Source: a virus (Duplodnaviria; Caudoviricetes). From it: DNA of 64,000 nt. The stretch is from positions 18,730-82,729 of the IMG/VR virus record IMGVR_UViG_2808606954_000002; one strand, written 5' to 3'. The notes beneath the pieces are model-generated. The model saw nothing but the letters and a program-made list of their open reading frames with translations, was not told the origin of the DNA and made no database searches. Below, piece after piece: positions 47,890 to 58,935 of this stretch (position 1 is the first letter of the stretch; each line of letters starts with the position of its first letter). Both the position numbers and the translations under genes were made by a program.

Positions 47890-48275
47890 TGTCAGCCTTT
47901 TCGGCAATGCATGCTGTGGCAGCGGGAACCATCCACAGTGTGCATGGGGAACCCTTTTTGCACATTCCCATGGCAAAGCCCGCTGACACGGGCATGGCAT
48001 CCGCGCTGGATGCCAGCCGCCCGCATGATCGAACGTTCATGGGCATATTTCATGTCGAGGATGTGAAGTCACTGGCTCCTCATGCCTATGATCCGAAAGC
48101 GCAGCATCGGCCCGGCATCAACGCCCCGCGCCAAACCATAACCATTCCGGCTGGCACGGATATTGTTGTGCGAACGGATGATTATCTGATGCGTGTTGCT
48201 GATGGCGTTAAATTTCGGGTGTCCAACGCCGACCCCAATGAGCTTGGCAGCATCATTGCCACCGTCAACTCCTGA
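47889..48275 (+). CDS. Head-tail joining protein candidate
   Basis: Position and size. Confidence 0.5.
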   Translation: MSAFSAMHAVAAGTIHSVHGEPFLHIPMAKPADTGMASALDASRPHDRTFMGIFHVEDVKSLAPHAYDPKAQHRPGINAPRQTITIPAGTDIVVRTDDYLMRVADGVKFRVSNADPNELGSIIATVNS

Positions 48276-48283
48276 GAAAAATC

Positions 48284-48994
48284 ATGCTGACAGCTTTGGC
48301 CTTGCGCCGGGCCGTGGTGGAGCTTTTAACTGGCTCCACCATAGCCGGAACGGCGGTTTATGACACCCGCCTGGATGAACTGGACCCATCAAGCGACATG
48401 CAGCCCGTGTTGGCCGTCTACACTGAGGATGATGAAGCCACGCCTCGGCAAAAAGAAGTCTATCCCGGTGAGCAGCATTTGACGCTGGTGGTTGAGGCCA
48501 TGTTGCTGGTCTCGACAAAAAACACCATCACCAAGCCGGATAAAACCACGGAGGAAATTGCCATTGGCGAATTTCTGGCGGCGGACGCGCAAACAGAAAT
48601 GCTGCTTGATGTGCTGTGCTATCAGGTTCGCCAGCGCGTTCGACTGGGTGGTACCGATCCGGCACAAGCCGCTTTTGCGGCGGTGGTCTTGTCGATCCTT
48701 GAGGTCCGTTCTTATCCGCTGCGCACACCGGATAAGCAGTCACGCATATCGCAACGTTCTATTCATTTTCGCATGAAGGTGCGCAATGATGAGGCGCTGA
48801 TTGAAAATGCACTCTTGCCAGAGCCGTTGGCGGCGGTGGCTGCACACCTCACCAGTGATAGCAGTAAGTCCATTATAGCTGCAATTGCACCGCTTATTTC
48901 ACGCCCCGCAACACCTGTTCGGCTGGAGCTTATCCACCTGACTGCGGATGTAGATGGCGACACTTTGAGCGGTCAAGTCAACACCACCACCTGA
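48284..48994 (+). CDS. Tail completion/terminator candidate
   Basis: VYDTRLD..PVLAVYTEDD motif; position. Confidence 0.5.
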   Translation: MLTALALRRAVVELLTGSTIAGTAVYDTRLDELDPSSDMQPVLAVYTEDDEATPRQKEVYPGEQHLTLVVEAMLLVSTKNTITKPDKTTEEIAIGEFLAADAQTEMLLDVLCYQVRQRVRLGGTDPAQAAFAAVVLSILEVRSYPLRTPDKQSRISQRSIHFRMKVRNDEALIENALLPEPLAAVAAHLTSDSSKSIIAAIAPLISRPATPVRLELIHLTADVDGDTLSGQVNTTT

Positions 48995-49003
48995 GGCCCT
49001 ACG

Positions 49004-49207
49004 ATGACTCCTAAATTTTTAAAACTGGCCGTTCCCGGCCAGCAATTCCCTATGCCCGGCGCTGCGGGCCAGTTTTTCCCGGCTGAGGGCATGACCGTCA
49101 ATGCTGACGATCCGCTTTGGGCCAATCTGCTGGCGGATGGATCGCTAATTGAGGCCAGCCCGCCCGCCTCCATCGCAACCACAACAAACAGTGAGGTGAC
49201 CTCCTGA
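49004..49207 (+). CDS. DUF2635-like small tail protein
   Basis: Immediately before the sheath gene; LLADGSL motif. Confidence 0.55.
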   Translation: MTPKFLKLAVPGQQFPMPGAAGQFFPAEGMTVNADDPLWANLLADGSLIEASPPASIATTTNSEVTS

Positions 49208-50745
49208 TGGTCGGATCTGCAAAAGTCTCGTTTAACAATATTCCCGGCTCCGGCCTTGTGGCTCCACTGTTTGCCTTTGAGGTCAATTCAGGCGGGGGCT
49301 ACACGTCCAATTCGCGCATGGTGCTGATTGGCCATAAGCTTTCCAGCGCTCCGGCGGCTTTCGATGTGCCGATGTTTATTGGCTCTCTGGATGATGCCGA
49401 CGCCAATTTCGGCGGCGGCTCGATGCTGCGCGAAATGTACCGCATCGCCCGCCAAAATGCGCCGGTGCAAGAAATCTGGTGCATGCCGGTGGCCGAATCT
49501 GGCACCGCGCAAGTCTGGACGCTCACGATTGGCGTGGGCGGCGTGGCAGGCGCGGCCTATATTGATATTCATGGTGAGCGCATTGCGCTAACCATCGCTA
49601 CCACCGACACGGCGACAACCATTGCCACAGCGCTGGCGGCTGCCATCAACGCCTATCGTAACGCGCTGACAGGCGCGATGCTGCCCTTTACCGCAACCGC
49701 CAGCACAAACACGGTGGTACTGACGGCGCGCCACGCAAGCGCGCTGTTTGCCGGTGAAGACCCGACCTATTTCCCGACGCGGGCGGATGGGGTGAGTGCC
49801 AATATCTTCACATCGACCACTGTGACCATTGCCAGCACCACGGCGGGCACGGGTATTCCCACACTCGCCGCAGCGCTTGCGGCGCTGGGCGATGATCAGT
49901 TTGATTTCATTGTGCAGCCGTGGGCGGATGCGGCCAGCCTTGGCGCGGTCACAACGGCTCTTGGTGATGTGTCTGGCCGGTGGGCTTACCTGCGCCAAAG
50001 CTACGGCCATCATTTTACCTGCTTTACGGGCGGTGCCTCGGCACTTACCACGCTGGGCCTATCGCTCAATGATCGCCATACCACGATCATTCCGCGCCTT
50101 GCGGGTGGGTCAACCGGCTCTGCTCACCCTGCATGGCTTTGGGCTGCGGCTGTTGCGGCACGGGTTGCGCCATGGCTAGGCGATTACGCCACCGGCAATG
50201 CCTCGCGCAATCAAAGCGGACTGGTTGTGCAGGGGCTTGCGCCGCCGCGTGATCGCGGCACATGGTGGGGTTATTCCGCCCGCAACAGCCTGTTGCAAAG
50301 CGGCATATCGACCTGGACGGCGGATGTTTATGGCAATGTCATCGTTGACAAGCTGGTGACCACCTATCAGCGCGGCACAAGTGGTCAGCCGGATGCAACA
50401 TTCCGCGATGTGCAATCCATGCTCCAGATCACCCATGCCTTGCGCTACATGCGCGCGGCGCTGGCCGATCAGCAAAGCAACAAAGGCATTGTTGATGTTA
50501 ACCCAGGCAATCTCGGTTCGCTCTGCACGGTGAAGGACATCAAGGCCACCATTGTTGGGGCCTGCATGGACCTGACAAACATGGGCATTCTGGAAAAAAC
50601 CGACTTTTCCCAAATCAACGTTGTGCGCGATCCAACCACGCCGCAGCGCGTGAATGTCATGGTGCCTCTGTCGCGCGTCAAGCCGCTGGATGTGCTGGCT
50701 GCAAACGCAACATTCTACAACGGCGCAGTTCCCACCGCCGCCTGA
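49207..50745 (+). CDS. Contractile tail sheath (Mu gpL family)
   Basis: FGGGSMLREM, LTARH, VTTYQ and DVQSMLQ motifs. Confidence 0.9.
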   Translation: MVGSAKVSFNNIPGSGLVAPLFAFEVNSGGGYTSNSRMVLIGHKLSSAPAAFDVPMFIGSLDDADANFGGGSMLREMYRIARQNAPVQEIWCMPVAESGTAQVWTLTIGVGGVAGAAYIDIHGERIALTIATTDTATTIATALAAAINAYRNALTGAMLPFTATASTNTVVLTARHASALFAGEDPTYFPTRADGVSANIFTSTTVTIASTTAGTGIPTLAAALAALGDDQFDFIVQPWADAASLGAVTTALGDVSGRWAYLRQSYGHHFTCFTGGASALTTLGLSLNDRHTTIIPRLAGGSTGSAHPAWLWAAAVAARVAPWLGDYATGNASRNQSGLVVQGLAPPRDRGTWWGYSARNSLLQSGISTWTADVYGNVIVDKLVTTYQRGTSGQPDATFRDVQSMLQITHALRYMRAALADQQSNKGIVDVNPGNLGSLCTVKDIKATIVGACMDLTNMGILEKTDFSQINVVRDPTTPQRVNVMVPLSRVKPLDVLAANATFYNGAVPTAA

Positions 50746-50801
50746 TCCGGTCGGGCAGCATTCGTGCTGCCTTCTTTCTCAATTTGTTAAAGAGGTGAAA
50801 A

Positions 50802-51170
50802 ATGTCCGACTTTGGCGGCATGATGCATGTAAATTTCGGCGGGGTGCCGCTGGTGTTGCGGGGTGCTTTCAAGCTCAACCCTGTGAACACAAAAACGGAA
50901 GTCAAAACCAATTTTGACGGCTCTATCGGTCGGGTTTTTACCCCTCAGGCCCCTATGGCTGATGTGACGCTGGAAGATACGCTACCGGCTGGCGTCACGT
51001 GGCAGCAGCTCATCATGGCCGCGCCCACCACGATCGCCATCATTGAAGACCAGATCGGTGTGATCCACACATTTGTCGGCGCGGTGATTGAGGGTGAACC
51101 AAGCGTCAATCGCGAGGATGGTGAGGTGAGCGGGCTTAAAATCCGTGGCGCGACCTATCAGAAAACTTAA
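50802..51170 (+). CDS. Tail tube protein
   Basis: 122 aa directly after the sheath gene. Confidence 0.75.
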   Translation: MSDFGGMMHVNFGGVPLVLRGAFKLNPVNTKTEVKTNFDGSIGRVFTPQAPMADVTLEDTLPAGVTWQQLIMAAPTTIAIIEDQIGVIHTFVGAVIEGEPSVNREDGEVSGLKIRGATYQKT

Positions 51171-51179
51171 GGCAAGCCG

Positions 51180-51542
51180 ATGCAAAACGAAATCTCAATT
51201 GACCTCCTCAACCCCATAACCGGCCTGCCGAACCCGGATGGTACGCCGACCACAATCACACGGGTGGTGCTGCGCGCGCCACGGCTGCGGGAATATGCGG
51301 CGATTGGTGACCTGGACAGTTATGCAAAAACAGCCGATGGCGCGATCTACATGACCGAAAATGATGGTGTGTTTGATCGCTACATCAGCGCACTTGCACA
51401 GGAGCCAAACAATCCCGCGCTTTTGAAAAACATCTCACTTGCAGACGCCATGCGGCTCAAGGATGCGCTGCGCGATTTTTTTACCAAATCCCGCGCGACG
51501 GGCCAGCCACGACCGGACGCAAGCGACAACCAGGCCTCCTGA
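51180..51542 (+). CDS. Tail assembly chaperone, with predicted -1 frameshift extension to 51664
   Basis: T7 run at 51476-51482; -1 frame open to TGA at 51662-51664. Confidence 0.75.
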   Translation: MQNEISIDLLNPITGLPNPDGTPTTITRVVLRAPRLREYAAIGDLDSYAKTADGAIYMTENDGVFDRYISALAQEPNNPALLKNISLADAMRLKDALRDFFTKSRATGQPRPDASDNQAS

Positions 51543-51672
51543 CGCGCATAGCCGATGGGCTGGTGTTTGGCCTCAAGGTGGCCAGCATTGGCGAGGTGGA
51601 TGATATGCCAATTCCCGTTTTGCTAAATTGGGCGGAACGGGCGGCGGCATGGAATAAAAGGTGAGCAAAGCT

Positions 51673-53913
51673 ATGAGCGAGAAAGTCTTATCCGCAAAGT
51701 TGGAAATCGCTGCTGTCGATAAGACCGGCAAGGTTTTCACCGACATCGGCAAAAAAATGCTCTCGATCAGTCGCTTGCAGAAATCCATCACGCAGGTGAA
51801 GGGCTTTCAGGGTTTGGAAAACCATGTCGAGAAGGCGGCGGGTGGTATTGACCGCATGACCTCCTCTGTCGAGCGACTGGCGTCGGCCCAACGGCGGGTG
51901 TCTGGTGGTGACTTTGTTGGTCTTTCGCGCGGCATGGATGCTGCCGCGCGAACGGCTGAGCGCATGGCTGGGCGGGTGGTAAAAGCCTATGACGCGCAAA
52001 CCCGGAAAGTGCATGAATTTCACGACGCGCTGAGAACCGTCGGCGGTGCTCTGGTGATCGGCGCTGGTGTTGCAACCCACAAGGTGGCCGAAAACGGGGC
52101 AGAGTTGCAGCATTCAGAGGTTGCGCTTCGCAAGGCCGGGATTTCGGAAGAGGAAATTAAAAAGGTCAAAACGGAAGCGATTGGCATTGTCAAAAACAAT
52201 CCGCAAATGACCACTGCGCAGACCTTGGAAATTTACAAGGAAGCGAGATCGGCACTTAAAACGCCAGAAGAGGCATTTGAGCTTTTACCCTTTCTCACAC
52301 GCGCTAAGGCGGTGATGGGGTCTATGGGTGTGGAGGGTGGAATTGGTGATGTGGTAAAGGGTGCGGAAAGCCTTGGCCTTGCCAATGATCATCATCGATT
52401 TGCTGCATATGTTGATGGTCAGATCAAGGCCATGGCTGTGATGGGCAAGACCATCACGCCGGAACAAATCTATGAGGCCGCCAAATATTCCAAATCGGCG
52501 GGTGCTGGCCTGAGTGATGAATTTATCAATCTGGTCATGCCTTCGCTGATTCAGGAAATGCACGGATCCTCTGCCGGTGATGCGCTGTCCATGCTGACAA
52601 AAACTTTACGCGGTGGCATGGCCAATAAGCATATGGCCGTGGAATTGCTCAATGATATCGGGCTGCTTGAGGAGCCGGATAAGATCAGACGGACATCCAC
52701 AGGCTCCATCAAGGGCTATACCGGGAAGGTGAAGGGTGACGCTCTGTTGAGCAGCGACCCGGATAAATGGTTCAACGAGGTTTTCAGGCCCTCAGCTGAA
52801 CAGGCGGGCTACAAAAACCTGACAGACCAAACCCGGCTGCTATCAATGGTCCTGCCATCCACGGCGGCCAACCTTGGCCGTATCCTATTGCAACAGCATG
52901 AGACGCTACAAAATCACCGCAAGCTTTATGAGGCTGCGCCCGGCGTTGATGGGCAGGCGGAACTTAATCGCCAAGACCCTATAGCAGCTGTTTCCGGCCT
53001 TGCGGGGTCGGTTAAAAACTTTCTCGAAATCCTCGCGTCACCAGCCATGACATCGGCTGCAACAGCGCTGGATAATGTGGCGCGGTCTATCAATGGCTTT
53101 GCTGAGAAGCTGAAGGAATGGCAGGATGCGCACCCGGAAGCCGCTAAAAATGCAGCCTATGGAACCATGGCGGTCGGCGGTGTTGTGGGTGGCACCGGCT
53201 CAATCATGGTAGCCTCACGGCTTGCGCGTGGCCTTGGCCTAATGGGTGGTGGTGCAGCTGTTGCGCCTGCCGCTGTTGCCGGTGAGGCCGGGGTGGCAGC
53301 AGGCGTTGTGCAAGCCGGTGTTGTTGCTGGGCTTGCAAGCCTTGGCGGCGCTGCGGCTGTTGCTGCCATGGCAAGTGCTGCGGCGCTTGGTCTGTTCAAG
53401 ATTTTCACATTGTCCAAAGAGCAGCGTGACGCTGAGCTGAAAGATGTGCGAGATCATTTCGAAAATCAGGATAAACGTGATCCGCTTAAGCAATATATAA
53501 ACCTTGAGAATCATCAGGGCTATATGAAAACCGCCAGCCGCAAGGATGATGATCTGTCGCCGGATGCGGCGGCGAAATGGTTATCGAAAGGTGATCGCGA
53601 AAAGCAGGAGGCTGACGCGGTTTTCAGGGAATTTGCAGATGGTCCAAGCTGGATGCGCTCAAATAGAGGTCTTCCGGTTGACGATATTGCTAACCCGGCT
53701 GATCGGCGTCGGGCTGATCCGGCTGCGGAAGCGGCCAGCATCCTGCCCGACATCAAAAACGCGCTGAATGGCGATGCGCGCATTACGGTTGAGGTCAAGC
53801 CCTCTCCCGACTTCATCACGCGCGTTGCTGATATGGTCAAATCAGGCATGTCTGGTTTTACCGTGTCCGGGCCGGGAAGTGCTGGGCAATCAGCTCCTGA
53901 TATACCTAGATAA
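51673..53913 (+). CDS. Tape measure protein
   Basis: About 750 aa, Ala/Gly-rich; IAAVDKT N-terminus; position. Confidence 0.8.
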   Translation: MSEKVLSAKLEIAAVDKTGKVFTDIGKKMLSISRLQKSITQVKGFQGLENHVEKAAGGIDRMTSSVERLASAQRRVSGGDFVGLSRGMDAAARTAERMAGRVVKAYDAQTRKVHEFHDALRTVGGALVIGAGVATHKVAENGAELQHSEVALRKAGISEEEIKKVKTEAIGIVKNNPQMTTAQTLEIYKEARSALKTPEEAFELLPFLTRAKAVMGSMGVEGGIGDVVKGAESLGLANDHHRFAAYVDGQIKAMAVMGKTITPEQIYEAAKYSKSAGAGLSDEFINLVMPSLIQEMHGSSAGDALSMLTKTLRGGMANKHMAVELLNDIGLLEEPDKIRRTSTGSIKGYTGKVKGDALLSSDPDKWFNEVFRPSAEQAGYKNLTDQTRLLSMVLPSTAANLGRILLQQHETLQNHRKLYEAAPGVDGQAELNRQDPIAAVSGLAGSVKNFLEILASPAMTSAATALDNVARSINGFAEKLKEWQDAHPEAAKNAAYGTMAVGGVVGGTGSIMVASRLARGLGLMGGGAAVAPAAVAGEAGVAAGVVQAGVVAGLASLGGAAAVAAMASAAALGLFKIFTLSKEQRDAELKDVRDHFENQDKRDPLKQYINLENHQGYMKTASRKDDDLSPDAAAKWLSKGDREKQEADAVFREFADGPSWMRSNRGLPVDDIANPADRRRADPAAEAASILPDIKNALNGDARITVEVKPSPDFITRVADMVKSGMSGFTVSGPGSAGQSAPDIPR

Positions 53914-53925
53914 AAAAGGTGAAAA

Positions 53926-55164
53926 ATGGCGCGTGATTGGTCGTCAACCCTTTGGCCTGCCTCGTTCATGGGCTTCCCGTTTCATGTGAGCCGGGATGAT
54001 CGGCAAGGCAAGCGGCGTTTAGTGGTGCATGAATTGCCACTCAATGATGTGCCGCTCATACAGGATATGGGGGCGGGTGCGACCAAGATCACGGTTGACG
54101 CCTATTTTCTGTCTGATAGCGCGGATGCACAAGCCAAGGCCTTTGAGGCCGTCTTGAAAGCGGGCGGGGTGGGGCCTCTGTCCCTGCCAACGCTTGGCAT
54201 CAAAAGCGCACGGGCGGAAGAGTGGAAGCCGTCCTTTGATGCGGAGAGGCTCGGCTATATCGGCTTTTCCATCACCTTTGTGCTTGATCCGGGTGGTTCG
54301 GCGCTCGGAAGTATCTTTTATGCGGTCGCGGAAATTTTCGCGGCGGCGGAAGGTTTGGCAAGTGTTGCAGGTGCCGTGATTGGCGCGCTGGAACTGGTCG
54401 GGCATATCGGCTCGGTGGTTGGTGCTGCGCAATCGGCGTTTGAAACCAGCCTTGCCACACTGTCAGTTATTTCAACGTCTGAAACTGTGAAAACGGACAC
54501 GCTGGCCACATTTAATTCCGGCTTGCAGACGCTCTATAATTCCACGGCCATCGGCCTGACTGCTTCGGGCGTTGACGGTGATCTTGGATCGTCGCTTGTT
54601 GATCTCGCGCGGATGCTTGGCGACGGCATGGGGGCCGATGATGCCGCCCGCGCTTTTGGCGCGTTGCTGGATAGTGAGCCAGCGTCAACGCTAACGGGGT
54701 CTGTGGCTGCGCTATCCTCTGCGCAACCATGGCTTGGCACGGTTGCGCAGCAGGCCATAAATCGCAATGCGGCGCGGTTTGATCTGGCGTTAAAACTTGC
54801 AGCCCTCGCGGCCTACGCGGAGGCAATCGGCAGGCAGGAATTTGCAAGTCGGCCTGAGGGTATCAATGCGCGGGCGCTGATGGCTGAGAGGCTGGATATT
54901 GCCCTTGCGGCGGCGGAAGGTGCGGAAATGGTCGATGTTTATGCGGCCATTGAAAGCCTGCAAGGGCAGTTGGCCGATTATCTGTCACGCAAAATCATCA
55001 CGCTTGCCCCGGTTGTTACGGTCACGGCGAATGCCAGTGTGCCAGCGCTGGTATGGGCTTGGCGGCTTTATGCCGATCCGGCGCGGGCTGATGAGCTGGT
55101 GGCGCGAAACAAGGTGATCCATCCTCTCTTTATGCCTCAAAATTTTGAGGCTCTGGAATCCTGA
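53926..55164 (+). CDS. Mu gpN-like DNA circularisation protein
   Basis: LWPASFMGFPFHV, RRLVVHE and LYADPARADEL..N..HPLF motifs. Confidence 0.9.
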   Translation: MARDWSSTLWPASFMGFPFHVSRDDRQGKRRLVVHELPLNDVPLIQDMGAGATKITVDAYFLSDSADAQAKAFEAVLKAGGVGPLSLPTLGIKSARAEEWKPSFDAERLGYIGFSITFVLDPGGSALGSIFYAVAEIFAAAEGLASVAGAVIGALELVGHIGSVVGAAQSAFETSLATLSVISTSETVKTDTLATFNSGLQTLYNSTAIGLTASGVDGDLGSSLVDLARMLGDGMGADDAARAFGALLDSEPASTLTGSVAALSSAQPWLGTVAQQAINRNAARFDLALKLAALAAYAEAIGRQEFASRPEGINARALMAERLDIALAAAEGAEMVDVYAAIESLQGQLADYLSRKIITLAPVVTVTANASVPALVWAWRLYADPARADELVARNKVIHPLFMPQNFEALES

Positions 55165-55166
55165 AA

Positions 55167-56246
55167 ATGATCAGTCTCGGCAATGCAGCCGCCCAGGCCA
55201 TAACGGTCACTGTGGGCGGCAAAACCTATGGCGGCTTTACCCGCGTTTCGGCCTCGGCCTGCCTTGATAAAGCGGCGCGGACATTTCAGCTCGTGGTGGC
55301 TGGTGAGCTGAATACTGTTGCAACAGCACGGCAATTTGCGGCGGGTACGCCGGTTGTCTTGCGCTGCAATGGAGAGGTGTGGCTGACGGGCTATGTTGAC
55401 TCTTATCGACCTCGGATAAGTGGTCGTGAGGCCTCGGTGTCGATTGCGGGTCGCTCAAAAGCGGCAGATGCGATTGACAGTGCTGTGGTGGATAAAACCA
55501 CGGGCTTTCAAGGCAAAACGCCTGTCGAGATTGCCAAGGCGCTCGACAAATTTGGCATTGGTTTTAAAGCCGTAGATGCCATGGAGGCCGTGCCGCGCTT
55601 TCACGTCACGCCGGGCGAAACCGTGTTTCAGGTTGTGGAGCGGCTGGCGCGTGATCAAGGCTATACGCTGCGCGGATTGGCGGATGGCGGCATTGAATTT
55701 TGGAACGCCAAAAAGACCACGAAGCGGCAGGCCGGGCCACTGATACAGGGCCTCAATATCCTGTCCGCAGATGCGGACCACAATTGGAGCCGCCGTCACA
55801 GCCATTACCATGTGCGCGGGCAAAGCGCCCATGGCATGGATAGTCACGCCACGGAAATGCAGGCGGTGGCGAAAGATGGCTCTGTGCAGCGTTATCGCCC
55901 AACCATGATCAATTGCGAAAACGACACCGATATCGGGCGTGTGCGCAAGCGGGCAACTCATCACCGCAACACGCGGGCAGGCCGCTCTCTCTCGGCCAAT
56001 ATTGAGGTGGTCGGCTATGTCGATCCGGGTGGCAAACTGTGGGAATGCGGCAATCTGGTTTACGTGGAAAGCCCTTTTTTAAACCTGCAACAAGACATGT
56101 TGATTGAGCAGGTCACAATCCGCGAAGACGGCGGCGGCATGACCACAAGCCTCTCGCTTTGCGACCCTGCTGCCTATTCCGGCAAAAAGCGCAAGGCCAG
56201 CAAAAGCGGCGGCGAATGGGCTGCTGAGAATGAGGAGGCAGAATGA
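55167..56246 (+). CDS. Baseplate hub (Mu gpP/gp44 family)
   Basis: GRSKAADAIDS, PGETVFQ and RYRP motifs. Confidence 0.85.
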   Translation: MISLGNAAAQAITVTVGGKTYGGFTRVSASACLDKAARTFQLVVAGELNTVATARQFAAGTPVVLRCNGEVWLTGYVDSYRPRISGREASVSIAGRSKAADAIDSAVVDKTTGFQGKTPVEIAKALDKFGIGFKAVDAMEAVPRFHVTPGETVFQVVERLARDQGYTLRGLADGGIEFWNAKKTTKRQAGPLIQGLNILSADADHNWSRRHSHYHVRGQSAHGMDSHATEMQAVAKDGSVQRYRPTMINCENDTDIGRVRKRATHHRNTRAGRSLSANIEVVGYVDPGGKLWECGNLVYVESPFLNLQQDMLIEQVTIREDGGGMTTSLSLCDPAAYSGKKRKASKSGGEWAAENEEAE

Positions 56247-56674
56247 ACCTTTTTCGGCGTGGCGTCCTCTCAGGTATTGATGTTTCCGGTGGTCAGCATC
56301 TGGCCAACCTCAAGGGATTTTACAACGAGGAGCTTGTGAATGTCCCGCGAATAAAAGAGTTCGGCTTTTCATCCAGCCCGCCTGCGGGTGCGACTGCGCT
56401 CATCATGGCCCTGAATGGGCGGGCTGACAATGCCATGGTGATGGGGCTGGATCACGGCAGCCACGGGCCGCGTGATTTGGGTGCTGGCCACACTGCCATT
56501 TACGATGCTTACGGCAATGTTGTGTCGTTGGTGCAGAACAAAGTCAGGATCGTCACGGCGGGGGCTATTGAGCTTGTCTCGGCCTCACTCACCCACAATG
56601 GCGTCAATATTGGCGCAACCCACGTCCACGGCGGCATCGTCAAGGGCGGAAGCGATACGGCGGTGCCACATTGA
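56243..56674 (+). CDS. Baseplate spike (gp45 family)
   Basis: EFGFSSSPP motif and HVHGG tip. Confidence 0.85.
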   Translation: MNLFRRGVLSGIDVSGGQHLANLKGFYNEELVNVPRIKEFGFSSSPPAGATALIMALNGRADNAMVMGLDHGSHGPRDLGAGHTAIYDAYGNVVSLVQNKVRIVTAGAIELVSASLTHNGVNIGATHVHGGIVKGGSDTAVPH

Positions 56675-57186
56675 TGTTGCGGGTGAGGATTAATGAGAGT
56701 GCGCGGACACAACCCGCGCTGCTGTGGGATACCGCGTGGGATGCTGCTGCGCGGTCTGGCAATTGGGTGCTTGTCGGTGGTGGTTTGCAGGCTGACAATC
56801 AGCTCCAAACCGCTGTTGTGTTGGCACTGTTTACCGACAGGCGCTGCCCACCTGATCACCCCTTGGCAAAATATGTCGAGGATGGTGACTTGCGCGGTTG
56901 GTGGGGCGATGGCGTGGATGTGCGCTCCGATCTGAGCGAGACGGAAATGGGGTCTTTGCTTTGGCTGCTGGAGCGCATGCCCCTCACCGATCAAACTGTG
57001 ATGTGGGCGCAAAGCCTTGCCGCTGAGGCGGTGCAGCCGCTTGTTGATCAGGGGGCTGTCGCAAAGGCTGTGGTGACGGCTGAGAAGGCCGATCACCGCA
57101 TCAATCTGGCCATCAATCTCTATGCGCGCGACGGCTCAAAAGCCTTTGCGCAACAATTCGACGTTTATTGGCGCTCGATCGGATAG
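56674..57186 (+). CDS. gp46-like baseplate protein
   Basis: LFTDRR, RGWWGD and GSLLWLLER motifs. Confidence 0.88.
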   Translation: MLRVRINESARTQPALLWDTAWDAAARSGNWVLVGGGLQADNQLQTAVVLALFTDRRCPPDHPLAKYVEDGDLRGWWGDGVDVRSDLSETEMGSLLWLLERMPLTDQTVMWAQSLAAEAVQPLVDQGAVAKAVVTAEKADHRINLAINLYARDGSKAFAQQFDVYWRSIG

Positions 57187-57189
57187 ATT

Positions 57190-58305
57190 ATGCTTACAAT
57201 TCCATCACTTAGCGAACTGGCCGAACAGATGCGCCAGAAGTTTCGCACTTATCTGCCCGGCTCTGATGCGTGGGTTTGGCCCAACAATGTCGGGGTCACG
57301 GCCAAGGTTTTGGCAGGGGGCTTGTATGCCCTGTATGCCAAGCTCGAATATGTCGAGCGGCAAGCCTTTGTGGTGACGGCTGAGGGTGAATATCTTCAGC
57401 GGCATGGCTCGGCGGTTGGTGTCAATATCCGGGCGGCATCACAGGCAAGAGGAAAAGTTGTCGTCACAGTGGATGGCGCAGCCTCTCTTGCGGCGGGCGC
57501 GATCCTTCAGCGTTCGGACGGTGTGCAGTTTTCGGTTCTGTCGGCTGATGCTCTGTTGGCGGCTGGAAATATGACTGTGCCTGTGCAGGCCCTGCTGGGT
57601 GGCGCAACAGGCACCACGCTTGCGGGCACTGGTTTGACCATTGTGTCAGGCTTGACCTTTGTGAGTGGCAGCGGTGTTGCAACAGCGGCGGTTGATGCAG
57701 CTGGCCTATCAGGCGGCTCGGATGTTGAGGATGTTGAGACTTTTCGCGCGCGAATCCTGTTTCGCAAGCGCCACCCCTATTCGGGTGGTGCTGCGGCGGA
57801 TTATGTCAGCTGGGCCATGAATGTGCCGGGCGTTACGCGAGTCTATGTTGAGCGGTTGTGGGCTGGCCCCGGAACCGTGCGCGTTTTCCCGGTCACGGAT
57901 GGTTTGACGCCGGGCGGTATCCCGTCGGCGGCAACGCTAAAGGCGGTCGAAAATGCGATAGCCCTTGAAGCACCGGCTGGTGCTGCGGTGACGGTTGCGG
58001 CTCCCACGCCAAAGACAATCAATCTGACAATCACCGATCTCCAGCCGTCCACCACGGCGGTGCAAGAGGCTGTGAAATCTGCGCTGGCGCAAGGCCTCAT
58101 AGATCATGGCGCGATTGCCGGATCGGACACGCCTGTCGCGGGCATGGATTTTCTGGCAACGCCGCGCAGCTTTTCGCGCTCATGGCTGTGGCAGGCTGTG
58201 GCCAATGCCAGTGGCAGTCAAAGGCATGTTCTGACGGTTCCGACTGCGGATGTGCCTTTGGCGGTGGGTGAAATGCCAGTGCTTGGCACAGTTAATTTTG
58301 CGTGA
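57190..58305 (+). CDS. Baseplate J-like protein (gp47)
   Basis: AEGEYLQRHG and GGAAADYVSWA..VPGV.R motifs. Confidence 0.9.
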   Translation: MLTIPSLSELAEQMRQKFRTYLPGSDAWVWPNNVGVTAKVLAGGLYALYAKLEYVERQAFVVTAEGEYLQRHGSAVGVNIRAASQARGKVVVTVDGAASLAAGAILQRSDGVQFSVLSADALLAAGNMTVPVQALLGGATGTTLAGTGLTIVSGLTFVSGSGVATAAVDAAGLSGGSDVEDVETFRARILFRKRHPYSGGAAADYVSWAMNVPGVTRVYVERLWAGPGTVRVFPVTDGLTPGGIPSAATLKAVENAIALEAPAGAAVTVAAPTPKTINLTITDLQPSTTAVQEAVKSALAQGLIDHGAIAGSDTPVAGMDFLATPRSFSRSWLWQAVANASGSQRHVLTVPTADVPLAVGEMPVLGTVNFA

Positions 58306-58311
58306 GGTGCT

Positions 58312-58935
58312 ATGGCTCAAGGTAACATATGCCCCGGCCTTGATGAGCTGATGCAAAGCCTTCTGGCTCTTTTGCCGCGTGGTCGCGCCTGGGGTGATAA
58401 CCACGCTGACACCTCACCGATTTATCGCTTCTGGCGATCCGTTGCCGCCTGCTTTTACGATTGGGAATTGCTGGCTTGCGCGTTGATTGAAGAGTTTTTC
58501 CCGTCAACCGCAAGAGCAACGCTTGACCTTTGGTATGCCGATTATGGTTTGCCAGATGGTTGCGACCCATACCCCAATCTCGTCGCCAAAGTGCGGGCGG
58601 CGGGCGGCTCAACATGCAGTTATTTTCAGGCCGTTGCTGCGGCGGCGGGCTGGTCCATTGCCTGTATGGCAGATCAAACACAGAGTGCTGGCCTTGCGTC
58701 AGCAGGTTGTAGTCAGGTGGGGCAAGGCATCCCGGCCTGTACATTGCTGATCCGCGTTTATCTTTCGCAGTCCCGTGCTTACAACGCGGCCAGCACACAG
58801 CTTGCAGCCATTGCTGGCTCAAATTGGACCGTCGGCGGCACACTTGGCTGCGGTCCCGATCTTACCCCCCTTTTTTGCCTGATGGCGCGGATGATACCCG
58901 CCCATCTGGCCGTTATCTATGAGGTTGTACCATGA
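58312..58935 (+). CDS. gp48-like baseplate protein
   Basis: LLALLPRGRAW, W.ADYGLPD.C and IPAH motifs. Confidence 0.85.
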   Translation: MAQGNICPGLDELMQSLLALLPRGRAWGDNHADTSPIYRFWRSVAACFYDWELLACALIEEFFPSTARATLDLWYADYGLPDGCDPYPNLVAKVRAAGGSTCSYFQAVAAAAGWSIACMADQTQSAGLASAGCSQVGQGIPACTLLIRVYLSQSRAYNAASTQLAAIAGSNWTVGGTLGCGPDLTPLFCLMARMIPAHLAVIYEVVP